Positions 17,254 to 26,798 of a stretch of DNA of 39,451 bases are shown here, piece after piece. This stretch comes from a virus (taxonomy: Duplodnaviria; Caudoviricetes). How positions within the stretch are numbered: the stretch's first letter is position 1; every line of letters starts with the position of its first letter. Location of the stretch: the IMG/VR virus record IMGVR_UViG_3300048687_000155, positions 1 through 39,451 of that record. One strand, 5' to 3'. A program made the position numbers and the translations under genes. The notes under the pieces are model-generated. The model was not told the origin of the DNA, ran no database searches, and saw only the letters and a program-made list of their open reading frames with translations.

Positions 17254-19365
17254 ATGTCGGATTACGCGACCGCGCAAGCGCTGCTCCCGGGCTTGCCTGG
17301 GAAGACTGCGCCTTCTAAAAAGGACAGTGAAGATTTCCTGGCGACAGCCAGGGCCCGGTTCGATCTTGTTGCTGTGTACGAAGCGGAGTATCGAAAAATT
17401 GCGCTCGATGATGTTCGCTTCTATGACGGGGACCAGTGGGCCCAGGAAATTGCCACCCATCGCAAACTCGATCACCGGCCGTGCCTCACGATCAACCGAT
17501 TGCCGCAGTTCGTTCACCAGGTCAGCAACAACCTCAAGCAGCTCAAGGCCGCGCCCAAGGTCAGCCCGGTAGACGCGCAAGGGGACCAGAAGACCGCCGA
17601 GGTGCTGCAAGGGCTGTTACGGCACATCGAGACCCAAAGCAATGCGGATGCAGCCAGGAGCTATGCGGCGTTTTATGCCGCGGTGTGCGGGCGAGGTTGG
17701 TACAGAGTCGTCACCAAGTATGTCGAGGGGAACACCTTCGATCAGGAAATCTACGTACAGAGGATCAAGAACCCGCAGACGGTGTACATGGACCCGAGCT
17801 GCCAGCAGCCGGATTACTCCGACGCCAAGTACGCCTTCATCGTTGAGGACTTGACCGAGGATGCGTACAAGGAACGCTACCCCGACGAGGACCTGTCGAG
17901 TGCCGAGGATTACCGCTCGCATGGCGATGGGTCTCCGGTCTGGCGTTGGGAAGGCGGCGTCAGGATAGCGGAGTATTTCTGCCGGCACACGCGCCAGGAG
18001 ACGATTGTGATGCTTCGGGACGGCACGATTCTGCCGCTTGAGGAGGCCCCCGAAGGAGTGCCGGTAATCCGCAAGCGCACTGTAGACGTGCCGTATGTCG
18101 AGTGGAGTGTGATCAACGGCGAGAAGGTATTGGAGCAGGCGGAGTGGCCGGGTAAGTATATCCCGCTGATCGGTGTTGTCGGCGAAGAGTACGACGTGGA
18201 CGGACGGGTGTCGATGGTGGGCATGGTGCGGCATGCGAAGGACGCCCAGAGGATGTTGAATTACTGGGAATCCGCGAAGACAGAGATCATTGCGCTGGCT
18301 CCGAAGGCCCCTTTTATAGTCGCGGAAGGGCAAATCGAGAACCACGAAAAGGAGTGGAGCCAGGCCAACTCGAAGACGTTCGCGTACCTGCAGTACAAGC
18401 CGAAGAGCGTTGGTCAGGAGATGGTGCCCCCGCCACAACGTCAGGTCTACGAGCCCCCGGTGCAGAGCATTACGGTGGCGCAGATGCAGACCGTGGACCA
18501 CCTCAAGGCAACCACGGGCGTGTACGATGCGAGCCTCGGTAACCGCAGCAACGAAACGACTGGAGTTGCTATCAAAGCTCGACAGCTGCAGGGCGATGTC
18601 GCCAACTACCACTACAGCGACAACCTGGCGATTGCGATTACCCACGAGACCCGGGTATTAATCGATTTAATCCCGAAAATATATGACCGACCTGGACGGA
18701 TTATCCGGATTATCGGTTCGGATAATACCGAGAAGCAGGTGCCGGTAGGGATGCCGTTTGACGACCAGGGGATTCAGCGGCTGTACGACCTGGGGTTAGG
18801 CCGTTACGACGTGGTAGCGGATGTCGGACCGAGTTATAAGACCAAGCGGGAGGAGTCCCGGGAGGGCATGCTAGGGTTCGCGCAGGTGGCGCCGGAGCTG
18901 GTGCCGCAGTACGCCGATCTGTATGTGGAGGCGCAGGACTGGCCGATGGCGGATGCGATTGCGGAGCGGGTGCGCCCGCCGAACATTCCCCCTAAAGGAC
19001 AAGAACAGCTTCCGCCGGCCGCGATGCAACAGATTAACCAGCTGCAGCAACAGAACCAGCAACTAAACGAAGCGTTGCAGCAGGCGACCGAAGCACTGAA
19101 CGTGCAGAAGATTCAGATGGACGCGAGCGAGCGGATGCAGATGCGCGAGATTCAGAGCAAGATGGCGATGCTCGAGCAGAAGCTGGCGAGCGATCAGTCG
19201 AGGGATTCGCAAAAGAACCGGGTGACCGTTGCTACTACGGAGAGCAAGATCGATAGCCAGGAGTCGATCGCGCAGTTAGATGCGGAGACCCGGTTGGTAG
19301 CGGAGAAGATGAAACAGAACGGCCCACCCCGTCCTCCGCTGACCGCGTTTGAACGAGAAGACTAA
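17254..19365 (+). CDS. Portal protein (P22 gp1-like)
   Basis: DDVRFYDGDQW, RPCLTINRL, KDAQRMLNYW, GRYDVVADVGPSY; C-terminal Q-rich coiled coil. Confidence 0.95.
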   Translation: MSDYATAQALLPGLPGKTAPSKKDSEDFLATARARFDLVAVYEAEYRKIALDDVRFYDGDQWAQEIATHRKLDHRPCLTINRLPQFVHQVSNNLKQLKAAPKVSPVDAQGDQKTAEVLQGLLRHIETQSNADAARSYAAFYAAVCGRGWYRVVTKYVEGNTFDQEIYVQRIKNPQTVYMDPSCQQPDYSDAKYAFIVEDLTEDAYKERYPDEDLSSAEDYRSHGDGSPVWRWEGGVRIAEYFCRHTRQETIVMLRDGTILPLEEAPEGVPVIRKRTVDVPYVEWSVINGEKVLEQAEWPGKYIPLIGVVGEEYDVDGRVSMVGMVRHAKDAQRMLNYWESAKTEIIALAPKAPFIVAEGQIENHEKEWSQANSKTFAYLQYKPKSVGQEMVPPPQRQVYEPPVQSITVAQMQTVDHLKATTGVYDASLGNRSNETTGVAIKARQLQGDVANYHYSDNLAIAITHETRVLIDLIPKIYDRPGRIIRIIGSDNTEKQVPVGMPFDDQGIQRLYDLGLGRYDVVADVGPSYKTKREESREGMLGFAQVAPELVPQYADLYVEAQDWPMADAIAERVRPPNIPPKGQEQLPPAAMQQINQLQQQNQQLNEALQQATEALNVQKIQMDASERMQMREIQSKMAMLEQKLASDQSRDSQKNRVTVATTESKIDSQESIAQLDAETRLVAEKMKQNGPPRPPLTAFERED

Positions 19366-19370
19366 CGCCT

Positions 19371-20714
19371 ATGCCTGCTTTCGATGTTGCGGGTGCCCGG
19401 AAGGCCGGTTACGACGATAAGGAGATCCTGTCGTATGTCGCCGGCGAGGAGAATCCGGACCTGATACCCGGCACCGATGCGGAGAAGATCCGGCTGTTGC
19501 TGGCCCGCAACGGCAAGCACATGCTGGATGTCGAGTATCTTTCGCCAACGCAACTGGAGCCGATGCAGGAGGTGCAGTTTCAGGACTGGGCGAAGCGCAA
19601 TAAGGTACGTCTTGAACCCGGGTGGAACGAAGACTACGACATGCGCGGGCTCTGGAAGGCGAACCCGAGCGCATCGCCGGATCCGCACGGGCACTGGCCG
19701 GACACGTATAAGCTGCCGAACCACCCAACCTTTTCGAGCCAGTCGGTGTATGCGCTGCCGGATTCGCCCAGGTGGTACGGGAAGCGGCTGATTGACTCGC
19801 AGGGCAAGGTGCTTGCGGATGAGTCGGATTCTCCGTTAGATTTACCGGAACTTCCTGCTCCGAAGTTGCCGCAGGGTCTGAGTGGTCCGCCTGCTTCTGT
19901 TCCCGGCAGCGTGCCGCAGACTGGAGAGCGCCGCAACCTATCGCCACAAGAAGCTGATGCGTTGTGGAGTGAGCAAGGTATACAGCCAACGTTGCCGCCG
20001 TTAAACCCGATGGATCTGGCGATGCTGGGGTTGAGCGGTCCGGAGCAGGATACCGGGATCCCCTTGTCGATGCTGGCAGCGGTGCGAAAAGGCGGCAAAG
20101 GCACAACCTTAACAGACCTGACCAAGCCGGTTCGGGCGTACCACGGAACGACAAAGTTTTTTGACGAGTTCGACCCGGCAGTATCGAAGGACCTCGGTAT
20201 CCATTTCGGCACGCCTGAACAAGCGACTCAGGCTGTTAAAGGTTTTTATGGGGATTTCCCCGAAGGTGCGCATATCCGGCCCGTGGATATCAAGGTGGAG
20301 AATCCCGTCAGGCTGCCGGATATTTTTTCGCTTCTCGGCAAGGGCAGGGTTTCCGATGTTAAGAAGCTAACGCTCGAATCTCCTCTGCGGTGGGCGGATC
20401 AAGACCGGCAACAGCTATATGCCGCAGCCAAACGCATCGATGCGCTAAAGCGAAAAACAGGCGGGATCAGATCCTGGGTCCTGCCGGAACACTCGACTTT
20501 ACTAAGCGATGCGGAAAAGGCGGAACTTAAAGATGTCGAGCGCAGCTACTGGGCTTTAGTAGAGAAAACCATCAAGGACAACGGGTACGATTCTGCCGTC
20601 TACGCCAACAAGGTTGAGGGCAAAGGCGACAGCTACATCATGTTCGATCCTGCCCGCATTGCTCCTGCTTATGGCGGCTCCCTCCCGGATTTAGTCAAAA
20701 AGAAACGGAAATAG
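19371..20714 (+). CDS. Multidomain protein with C-terminal ART-PolyVal-like ADP-ribosyltransferase domain
   Basis: RAYHGT...GIHFGT...GYDSAVYANKVEG..SYIMFDP; N-terminal GYDDKEI motif; central HWPDTYKLPNHPTFS domain. Confidence 0.65.
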   Translation: MPAFDVAGARKAGYDDKEILSYVAGEENPDLIPGTDAEKIRLLLARNGKHMLDVEYLSPTQLEPMQEVQFQDWAKRNKVRLEPGWNEDYDMRGLWKANPSASPDPHGHWPDTYKLPNHPTFSSQSVYALPDSPRWYGKRLIDSQGKVLADESDSPLDLPELPAPKLPQGLSGPPASVPGSVPQTGERRNLSPQEADALWSEQGIQPTLPPLNPMDLAMLGLSGPEQDTGIPLSMLAAVRKGGKGTTLTDLTKPVRAYHGTTKFFDEFDPAVSKDLGIHFGTPEQATQAVKGFYGDFPEGAHIRPVDIKVENPVRLPDIFSLLGKGRVSDVKKLTLESPLRWADQDRQQLYAAAKRIDALKRKTGGIRSWVLPEHSTLLSDAEKAELKDVERSYWALVEKTIKDNGYDSAVYANKVEGKGDSYIMFDPARIAPAYGGSLPDLVKKKRK

Positions 20715-20716
20715 AT

Positions 20717-21658
20717 ATGTCATTAGTTGTATCCAGCACCACCGACAGCCAGGAAGCGGTCAACGCGGCCGCCGGCATCGAAGCGCCCCCTGAAGAGCAG
20801 GCGCAGAAGCCAACGCCGGTTCCGCTCGAGGACCCCGACACCGAGGAGGAAGAGCCCGAGGATCCGGACGAGGAAGATTCCGACAAACCGGTTGCGGAAC
20901 AGAATGCGCTAAAGCGAGAGAAGCCGAAGGGTGGGTTTCAGCGTAAAATCGAGCGCCTGCAAGCGCAGAACGAGCAGCGCGAGCAGCGGATCCGGGAGCT
21001 TGAAGCGGAGCGCCAACGCTATGCACCACCACCCCAGCAACCGCAGCAGCAACCTGCCGGACCTCCGAAGGCGGAGGATTACCCCAACGACTACGAGGCT
21101 TACAACCGGGCGGTGATCCGCTACGAGGCACGCCAGGAGATCGAGCAGGAGCTGAAATCCCGGGTGGAAGCGCAACGCCAGCAGGCCGAGCAGAAGGCGC
21201 AGCAGGAGATAGATCAGCGCTGGCACCAGGGTGTGAGCGCGATGAAGCAACAAGCTACGGATTTCGAGGATACGCTCGAGAGCGTGTCGCACATCATATT
21301 GCCGCCGTGGATTGAAGCGGCGATCAAGCGGGACCCTAACGGGGCGCATCTGGCCTATGAGCTGGCGCGTCACCCGGAGGAGTTTCAGAAGATCGCCGAG
21401 ATCCCGAACCCGCTGGAGGGCATCAGCGCTCTGGGCGAGTTTCGAGGATCGATTAAATCACAGGCGGCAGCACCGCGTGGCGCTGAAGCGGATCTTCGCC
21501 AAGGCGCTCGAAAGGTTGCATCCGATGCGCCCGCGCCGATCCGGCCGGTCGGTCAAAGCGTGTCCGGCACCCGAGTCACCCGTTCGCTCGACGAGTTGTC
21601 TTATCAGGACTACAAGCGGGCCCGCGAGCGGGAGATCAAAGCGCGGAAGCAGCGCTAA
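20717..21658 (+). CDS. Scaffolding protein
   Basis: Acidic N-terminus; GFQRKIERL; HLAYELARHPEE; precedes the coat gene. Confidence 0.85.
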   Translation: MSLVVSSTTDSQEAVNAAAGIEAPPEEQAQKPTPVPLEDPDTEEEEPEDPDEEDSDKPVAEQNALKREKPKGGFQRKIERLQAQNEQREQRIRELEAERQRYAPPPQQPQQQPAGPPKAEDYPNDYEAYNRAVIRYEARQEIEQELKSRVEAQRQQAEQKAQQEIDQRWHQGVSAMKQQATDFEDTLESVSHIILPPWIEAAIKRDPNGAHLAYELARHPEEFQKIAEIPNPLEGISALGEFRGSIKSQAAAPRGAEADLRQGARKVASDAPAPIRPVGQSVSGTRVTRSLDELSYQDYKRAREREIKARKQR

Positions 21659-21763
21659 AGCGGATCTTCGCTTTGGCTCGCAGCGCTAGGCGACCGTCGT
21701 GAGATAGACGTCTAGCGAACCAAATAACCAGGTCACTACTGCCGGGAGGCAGAAGGAGTATAG

Positions 21764-22975
21764 ATGGCGGGCAATAATTTATTGACCATGAGTATGATTA
21801 CACGCGAAGCCGCGCGTGTGCTCGAAAATAACCTCTGCTTTGCAAAGCAGATACGTAGAACGTACGCCGATGAGTTCGCCCGCAGCGGAGCGAAAATCGG
21901 CAGCGTCCTAAACATTAGGAAACCACCGAAGTACATCGGTCGTGTGGGACGCACCTGCGTGGTTGAAGACGTTGTCGAGACCTCCGTCCCATTGAGCCTC
22001 ACGACGCAGTTCGGCGTGGACATGTCGTTCACGTCAGCCGAGATGGCGTTGAGTATCGATGACTTCAGCGATCGCATTCTGAAGCCAGCTATCGCCGTTG
22101 TTGCTAACAAGATCGACCGCGATCTGCTGTCGATGTACAACGTTGTGCCGAACGTGGTGGGCACCGCGGGCGTCGTACCCAACGCATTGCTCACGTACTT
22201 GATGGCGGGAGTGGCTTTGGATGACAATATGGCGCCTCGCGATAATCAGCGGGCTATCGTCGTGAACCCGATCCAGCAAGCAACAATTGTTGACGCATTA
22301 AAAGGTTTATTCCAATCTGCCTCGCAAATTGAAGATCAATATGAGCAAGGCACGATGGGCCTCACGGCGGGATTCAAGTGGTGTATGGATCAAAATGTGT
22401 GGACGCATACAGCTGGCGCGTATGGCGGCGCACCGATCGTCTCCGGCGGCTCGCAGGTCGGAAGTAACCTGTTAGTCTCGGGCTTTACCGCAGCCGCAGC
22501 CCCTCGATTGAAGAAGGGCGATATGTTCACGCTAGCAGGTGTCAACGCAGTGAACGGGCAGAACCGTCAGACGCTCGGGTACCTCAGAACGTTCACCGTC
22601 ACCTCCGATGTTTCCTCCGCGGCTGATGGCACGGCAACGGTGCCTATCTATCCGCCCATCATCGCTACCGGTGCCACTCAGACGGTAACCGCATCTCCGG
22701 CCGGCGGCACCCCGCTCACGATGACCTTCACCGCGGGGCAGGTCACCTCGCAGGCCCTTGCATTTCATAAAGACGCGTTCACATTCGCTTCCGCCGATTT
22801 ACCCCTGCCGGACGGCGTGGACAAAGCAGCGCGGGTCAGCGACTCGCAGTTGGGGTTGTCGATCCGCATGATTCGCCAATACTCGATCTGCGATGATGCG
22901 TGGCCAACTAGGCTCGATATTCTTTACGGGTTTGCGCCCGTCTATCCCGAGCTTGCGTGCCGCATAATATCCTAA
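21764..22975 (+). CDS. Major capsid protein (P22 gp5-like)
   Basis: NLLT..MITREA..VLENNL; GAKIG; RLDILYG; strong RBS. Confidence 0.95.
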   Translation: MAGNNLLTMSMITREAARVLENNLCFAKQIRRTYADEFARSGAKIGSVLNIRKPPKYIGRVGRTCVVEDVVETSVPLSLTTQFGVDMSFTSAEMALSIDDFSDRILKPAIAVVANKIDRDLLSMYNVVPNVVGTAGVVPNALLTYLMAGVALDDNMAPRDNQRAIVVNPIQQATIVDALKGLFQSASQIEDQYEQGTMGLTAGFKWCMDQNVWTHTAGAYGGAPIVSGGSQVGSNLLVSGFTAAAAPRLKKGDMFTLAGVNAVNGQNRQTLGYLRTFTVTSDVSSAADGTATVPIYPPIIATGATQTVTASPAGGTPLTMTFTAGQVTSQALAFHKDAFTFASADLPLPDGVDKAARVSDSQLGLSIRMIRQYSICDDAWPTRLDILYGFAPVYPELACRIIS

Positions 22976-22992
22976 GGTGATATACTGGCCTT

Positions 22993-24126
22993 GTGCCAGA
23001 AATATATCTTACTACGGATCGGTTCTCCTCTAAGGATTGTGAATACTGCGGAAGGCTTTATCGAGTCCCGCGTTCCCGGCTCGCTGCGAGCAAGTACTGC
23101 TCATACGAGTGCATGGGAAAGGCGAACACCAGAGATGTTCAATCCAAGCTATGCGGGGTATGCGGTAAGCCGTTCGAACAGCGAAGAGGGGAAATGCCTG
23201 CGAGGTTTCAGGCACGCAGTTATTGCTCGCAGGCGTGCGCGGGAGTAGCGAAGCGCAAGACCGTTCAGCCCGTAAAGCCATGCGAGGTTTGCGGTGAGTT
23301 GTTTAGTCAAGGCGCACAAAGACTACATGCCTTTCTAAAAAGAAGGTACTGCTCAGTTCAGTGCACTGCGGTATCACTACAGAACGATATTCAAGATGTT
23401 CTGGCTCATGTCAAACCTGATCCTGTAAGCGGTTGTCATGTCTGGACCGGGCGCAAGGATTGGAGAGGATATGGGCGTACCAGCCTGAAAGGCCAACCAG
23501 TGCAAGCGCACCGCGCGGTGTGGGAGCACTATAAAGGCCCGATTCCCGAAGGATTACATCTAGATCACATTTGCCGCAATACAAGTTGCTGCAACGTTGA
23601 TCACTTACGGGCAGTAACTCCCAAGGTCAATGTATTGGCGGGTATTGGCCCGGCAGCACGCTATGCCGCCCGTGAAAACTGTGATAAATGCGGTGGCCCG
23701 TTCAGCGTTTTTCCCGATGGTATCCGATACTGCAAACCTTGCCGTGATGCCAAGGTAGCGGAGTATCAGCAGTGGCGGCGTGCCAATAAGAAAGCTGGCG
23801 GTGATGGTGTCAAGCATGCTGTCACACCGGAACACAAAAAGCGTCAAGAGGCCGAACAGCGGCGCACTGAAAACACTAAGGCATGTCTTGATTGCGGTGC
23901 TACGTTCACAGCCGCATACGGACAATGGACCGCATTTAAACGCCGGAAGTATTGCTCTCCTGAATGCGCCCGGAAGCATCTAGGCGACAAACGCAAGGCA
24001 GTAGCTGATTGCGTGAAGTGCGGAACGCCTTACAGTACATATCCCAGCGGCAAGCGTTATTGCAGGCCTTGCGCTGAAAAGACACTGAAATTAAAGAAGG
24101 AGAAGGAAATTGGCACAAGAATTTGA
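22993..24126 (+). CDS. HNH endonuclease with multiple Zn-finger repeats
   Basis: CxxC...YCSxxC repeats; AHRAVW...LDHICRNTSCCNVDHL. Confidence 0.85.
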   Translation: MPEIYLTTDRFSSKDCEYCGRLYRVPRSRLAASKYCSYECMGKANTRDVQSKLCGVCGKPFEQRRGEMPARFQARSYCSQACAGVAKRKTVQPVKPCEVCGELFSQGAQRLHAFLKRRYCSVQCTAVSLQNDIQDVLAHVKPDPVSGCHVWTGRKDWRGYGRTSLKGQPVQAHRAVWEHYKGPIPEGLHLDHICRNTSCCNVDHLRAVTPKVNVLAGIGPAARYAARENCDKCGGPFSVFPDGIRYCKPCRDAKVAEYQQWRRANKKAGGDGVKHAVTPEHKKRQEAEQRRTENTKACLDCGATFTAAYGQWTAFKRRKYCSPECARKHLGDKRKAVADCVKCGTPYSTYPSGKRYCRPCAEKTLKLKKEKEIGTRI

Positions 24127-24727
24127 TGGCACCAATACGCTCAACCCCGTAGGGTTTGCGTTCAGCACCAGTGCGGGGCCCTTCCAAGCCCAGCCTTATC
24201 CGCGTTACGTATATCACGCGACGGAACCACCGCGCACGGTTAACAGTAAAGAAGAATACGAGGCATTGGGTGAGGGCTGGTTCCTGACCTACCAGCATCA
24301 GGAATACCCGAAGATCATGTTCGCGCCGAACGGGAACACGGTGACCGTGAACAACCCGGAGGAGGAAACCGCGCAGGGCAGTGCGGAAGGCGGGCCATGG
24401 ACGACCACGCCGAACCCAACGGACCCGGCAGCGCCGATCGATCAGTCCCGCAGCACCAACTTCACCTTGCAGGACAAGGCGGAAGCGATCCGCGACTCGC
24501 GCCGGCTAAGCCTCGATTACGTGCAGTTGAACCAGGCGCTCGACTGCTACGCGGACAACGCGCCGATGCGGGCGATTGACCAGAGGGAGATCCCGCGGCC
24601 GCGAATCCATCCGACCGAGACAGCGGAGCAGATCCGCAAGCGGCGGGAAGAAGACGAAGAGCGGCGTAACCGCGGCGAGCACGTCGAGCACAATGCGAAA
24701 GCAAAGAACGACAAGAAGGACAAGTAG
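24110..24727 (+). CDS. Head-module protein with duplicated YP...V...EE...W motif
   Basis: YPRYVYH..TVNSKEE..GW and YPKIMF..TVNNPEE..PW; RBS GGAG. Confidence 0.65.
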   Translation: MAQEFDGTNTLNPVGFAFSTSAGPFQAQPYPRYVYHATEPPRTVNSKEEYEALGEGWFLTYQHQEYPKIMFAPNGNTVTVNNPEEETAQGSAEGGPWTTTPNPTDPAAPIDQSRSTNFTLQDKAEAIRDSRRLSLDYVQLNQALDCYADNAPMRAIDQREIPRPRIHPTETAEQIRKRREEDEERRNRGEHVEHNAKAKNDKKDK

Positions 24728-24729
24728 CC

Positions 24730-25077
24730 ATGGCCACGCACAACGCTGAGGAGCACCCGCGGCCCACACAACTCCCTGCGGACAAGCGGGACCGCGAGCA
24801 CAAGTCCACGAGTATCCCGTTCGCCATCCATGAGCTTGACGAAGAAGACTGCCTGATCATCCGCTTGGACAGAAAAGATCCAGCGCGACGGAAGATCATG
24901 TCTGCGATCCAGACAGCACTCGAGAGCCTGGGGCATCGTACAGATGATGCTACGCGGGCCAAGAGCTATGCAGCGGAGCGATTACCTGATGACTGGCGAA
25001 GGAAGATGCCGGCCCGCGACCCGAATGACCCAAACGAAACTCGTGCCTACCGTAAGCCCGGAGAATCAGCGCCCTGA
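24730..25077 (+). CDS. Hypothetical protein
   Basis: ATG 2 nt after the upstream stop. Confidence 0.55.
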   Translation: MATHNAEEHPRPTQLPADKRDREHKSTSIPFAIHELDEEDCLIIRLDRKDPARRKIMSAIQTALESLGHRTDDATRAKSYAAERLPDDWRRKMPARDPNDPNETRAYRKPGESAP

Positions 25078-25078
25078 C

Positions 25079-25115
25079 GCCCTAAAGGGATCAGTCCCTT
25101 CAGGGCCTGAAGGCC
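25079..25115. repeat. REP-like palindrome with three CCTRAAGG cores
   Basis: gccctaaaggga-tcag-tcccttcagggc overlapping ggcctgaaggcc. Confidence 0.45.
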
Positions 25116-25233
25116 AACAACGCCCTAAATTCGTGACGTTCAAAATGCGGTGCGGAAGGCTCTTGCGGGTGCTTGACACGGCATCGGCAAGGGCCAACGC
25201 AAAGAGGATGGGTTGGATTGAAGTACGTACGAC

Positions 25234-25737
25234 CTAGCGGTTCCACGACAGATCCGTGAGATGAGCCCATCGATGCCGATTAGAGATATTTTTCAGGTGT
25301 GAGCGAGAAATTCCGAACTGTCTCGCTATATCTGCTTTGTCCTTGCCGGAAAGATACAGGGTGTTTATCTCTCGTATCTGAGCTTCCGTAAGCCTACTTT
25401 GACTGTGTGCCTCACCATGGTGGTCGGGGTATATTCGTCGTCCCTTCCGAATGCAGTCCTGGGTGTTGTCGTTTTTTGTCCCCAAGAATAGATGGGAAGG
25501 GCGAAAGCATCGGGGATTATCACACTTGTGACAGATACACCAAGGCCCCGGTAACATGGGACCGTAATGCAATATGTAGGCTAAACGGTGTACTCGTTTT
25601 TCTCCGTATGATGAGCTCAGGTAGCCATATCCCAAAACATCTGCTGCATAGGGCCATTCCATGCATTTGGCTCCGTCCGCAGGTGGATGCTTGATAGCTT
25701 CTTTGAGGTACTCGAATCTGGTAGGGTGAGAACGCAT
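25234..25737 (-). CDS. HNH endonuclease with C-terminal HTH, antisense to the structural operon
   Basis: CHKCDNPRCFRPSHLFLGTKNDN; GGAGG RBS before ATG at 25737. Confidence 0.85.
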   Translation of the reverse strand: MRSHPTRFEYLKEAIKHPPADGAKCMEWPYAADVLGYGYLSSSYGEKRVHRLAYILHYGPMLPGPWCICHKCDNPRCFRPSHLFLGTKNDNTQDCIRKGRRIYPDHHGEAHSQSRLTEAQIREINTLYLSGKDKADIARQFGISRSHLKNISNRHRWAHLTDLSWNR

Positions 25738-25820
25738 CGGGGCCCCTCCATCGGGCTTTGGTGCACGGGTCTGTTGCTGGTACAAACAGCGCAGGCCCTC
25801 TTCTATTTTAGAGGACAAAT

Positions 25821-26471
25821 ATGGCGACAGTGCAGCAATTCATAGAGTCAACGTTGCGTTTGATAAGGGTCTTAGACAGCGGTGAATCAGCGACTGCGAC
25901 GGAGTTGAGTGATGGTTTGACATCTCTGAATCAGTTGATAGGTTCGTGGTCTGCAGCAGGTTTGCCCGTGTACCAGGAGACGATGGTCGCGTTCGGGCTG
26001 ACCGGCGCGGAGTCCTATCCGCTTGCGATCCGTCCGGTGCGGCTCACCTCCGCCTATGTCCATTACGCGGGGATCAGCTTTCCGGTGGCGATCGTTCCCT
26101 CGCAGGTGTGGGCGCAGCCAAAAGACAGAACCGCCACCTCGAAGTTCGCCAAGGAACTTTACTACGATGCGGGTTACCCCGTCGCCACGGTCTTCCTGTG
26201 GCCGGCTCCTGGCATCGGCTCAACGCTCAAGCTGTACGTACTCGCTCCGCTTGCGCAGTTTGCGTCCTTGAGCGATACGATCAACCTGCCGCCCGGTTAC
26301 GAGCAGGCACTGCGCTACGGACTCGCCGGGGTGCTGGCGCCGGAGTATGGATCGGCGCTACCGCCGGAATATCAGCAGCAGGCCGCGCAAGCAACGGCTA
26401 ACATCGCCACCATGAACGCCGCGGCGATCGGGCAGGCCCCGCCCGCAACGCAAGTACCGGCAGCATCTTAG
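25821..26471 (+). CDS. Head-tail adaptor, P22 gp4-like (copy 1)
   Basis: T..I..LR.I.VL..GE...DGL..LN..W; LPPGYEQALRYGLA..LAPEYG. Confidence 0.8.
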   Translation: MATVQQFIESTLRLIRVLDSGESATATELSDGLTSLNQLIGSWSAAGLPVYQETMVAFGLTGAESYPLAIRPVRLTSAYVHYAGISFPVAIVPSQVWAQPKDRTATSKFAKELYYDAGYPVATVFLWPAPGIGSTLKLYVLAPLAQFASLSDTINLPPGYEQALRYGLAGVLAPEYGSALPPEYQQQAAQATANIATMNAAAIGQAPPATQVPAAS

Positions 26472-26494
26472 GCGCTAAAGCGAAGAAGATAAAC

Positions 26495-26798
26495 GTAAGC
26501 AACCGCGTGCCTAAAGGCAGCGGCTTGTAGCTGAATTATGCAGACCGATTTCTACACAACGCGCTACGTTCACGGCCAGCTTACAGGTGGCCCTACCGTT
26601 ATTCACGGCAGCGAAAGTTACACAATACTGCAAGAAAACAAGCCCAACCGTTTACCCGTTTCCGGGTGCCTTCAGCTTGACAACACCAATTGTATTAAGC
26701 GTGGGGACGGTCGGCAACCAACAGACGTACCAGTACGAAAGGGTGGCGCTTCCTCCGCATGGCTGAAGCCAACGGTTTCCGCGCCACAGTTTATATGA
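26495..26798 (+). mobile_element. Non-autonomous IS200/IS605 (IscB-type ends) miniature element
   Basis: Left hairpin gtaagcaaccgcgtgcctaaaggcagcggcttg; right hairpin ggcgcttcctccgcatggctgaagccaacggtttccgcgcc...tttatatga; no transposase inside; boundaries approximate. Confidence 0.55.

Noticed and set aside
17617-18645. Long antisense ORFs over portal, terL and scaffold
   Set aside because: Shadow frames of GC-rich genes with no motifs
26538-26798. 86-aa ORF inside the miniature element
   Set aside because: No RBS or recognisable motifs; runs through the right-end hairpin
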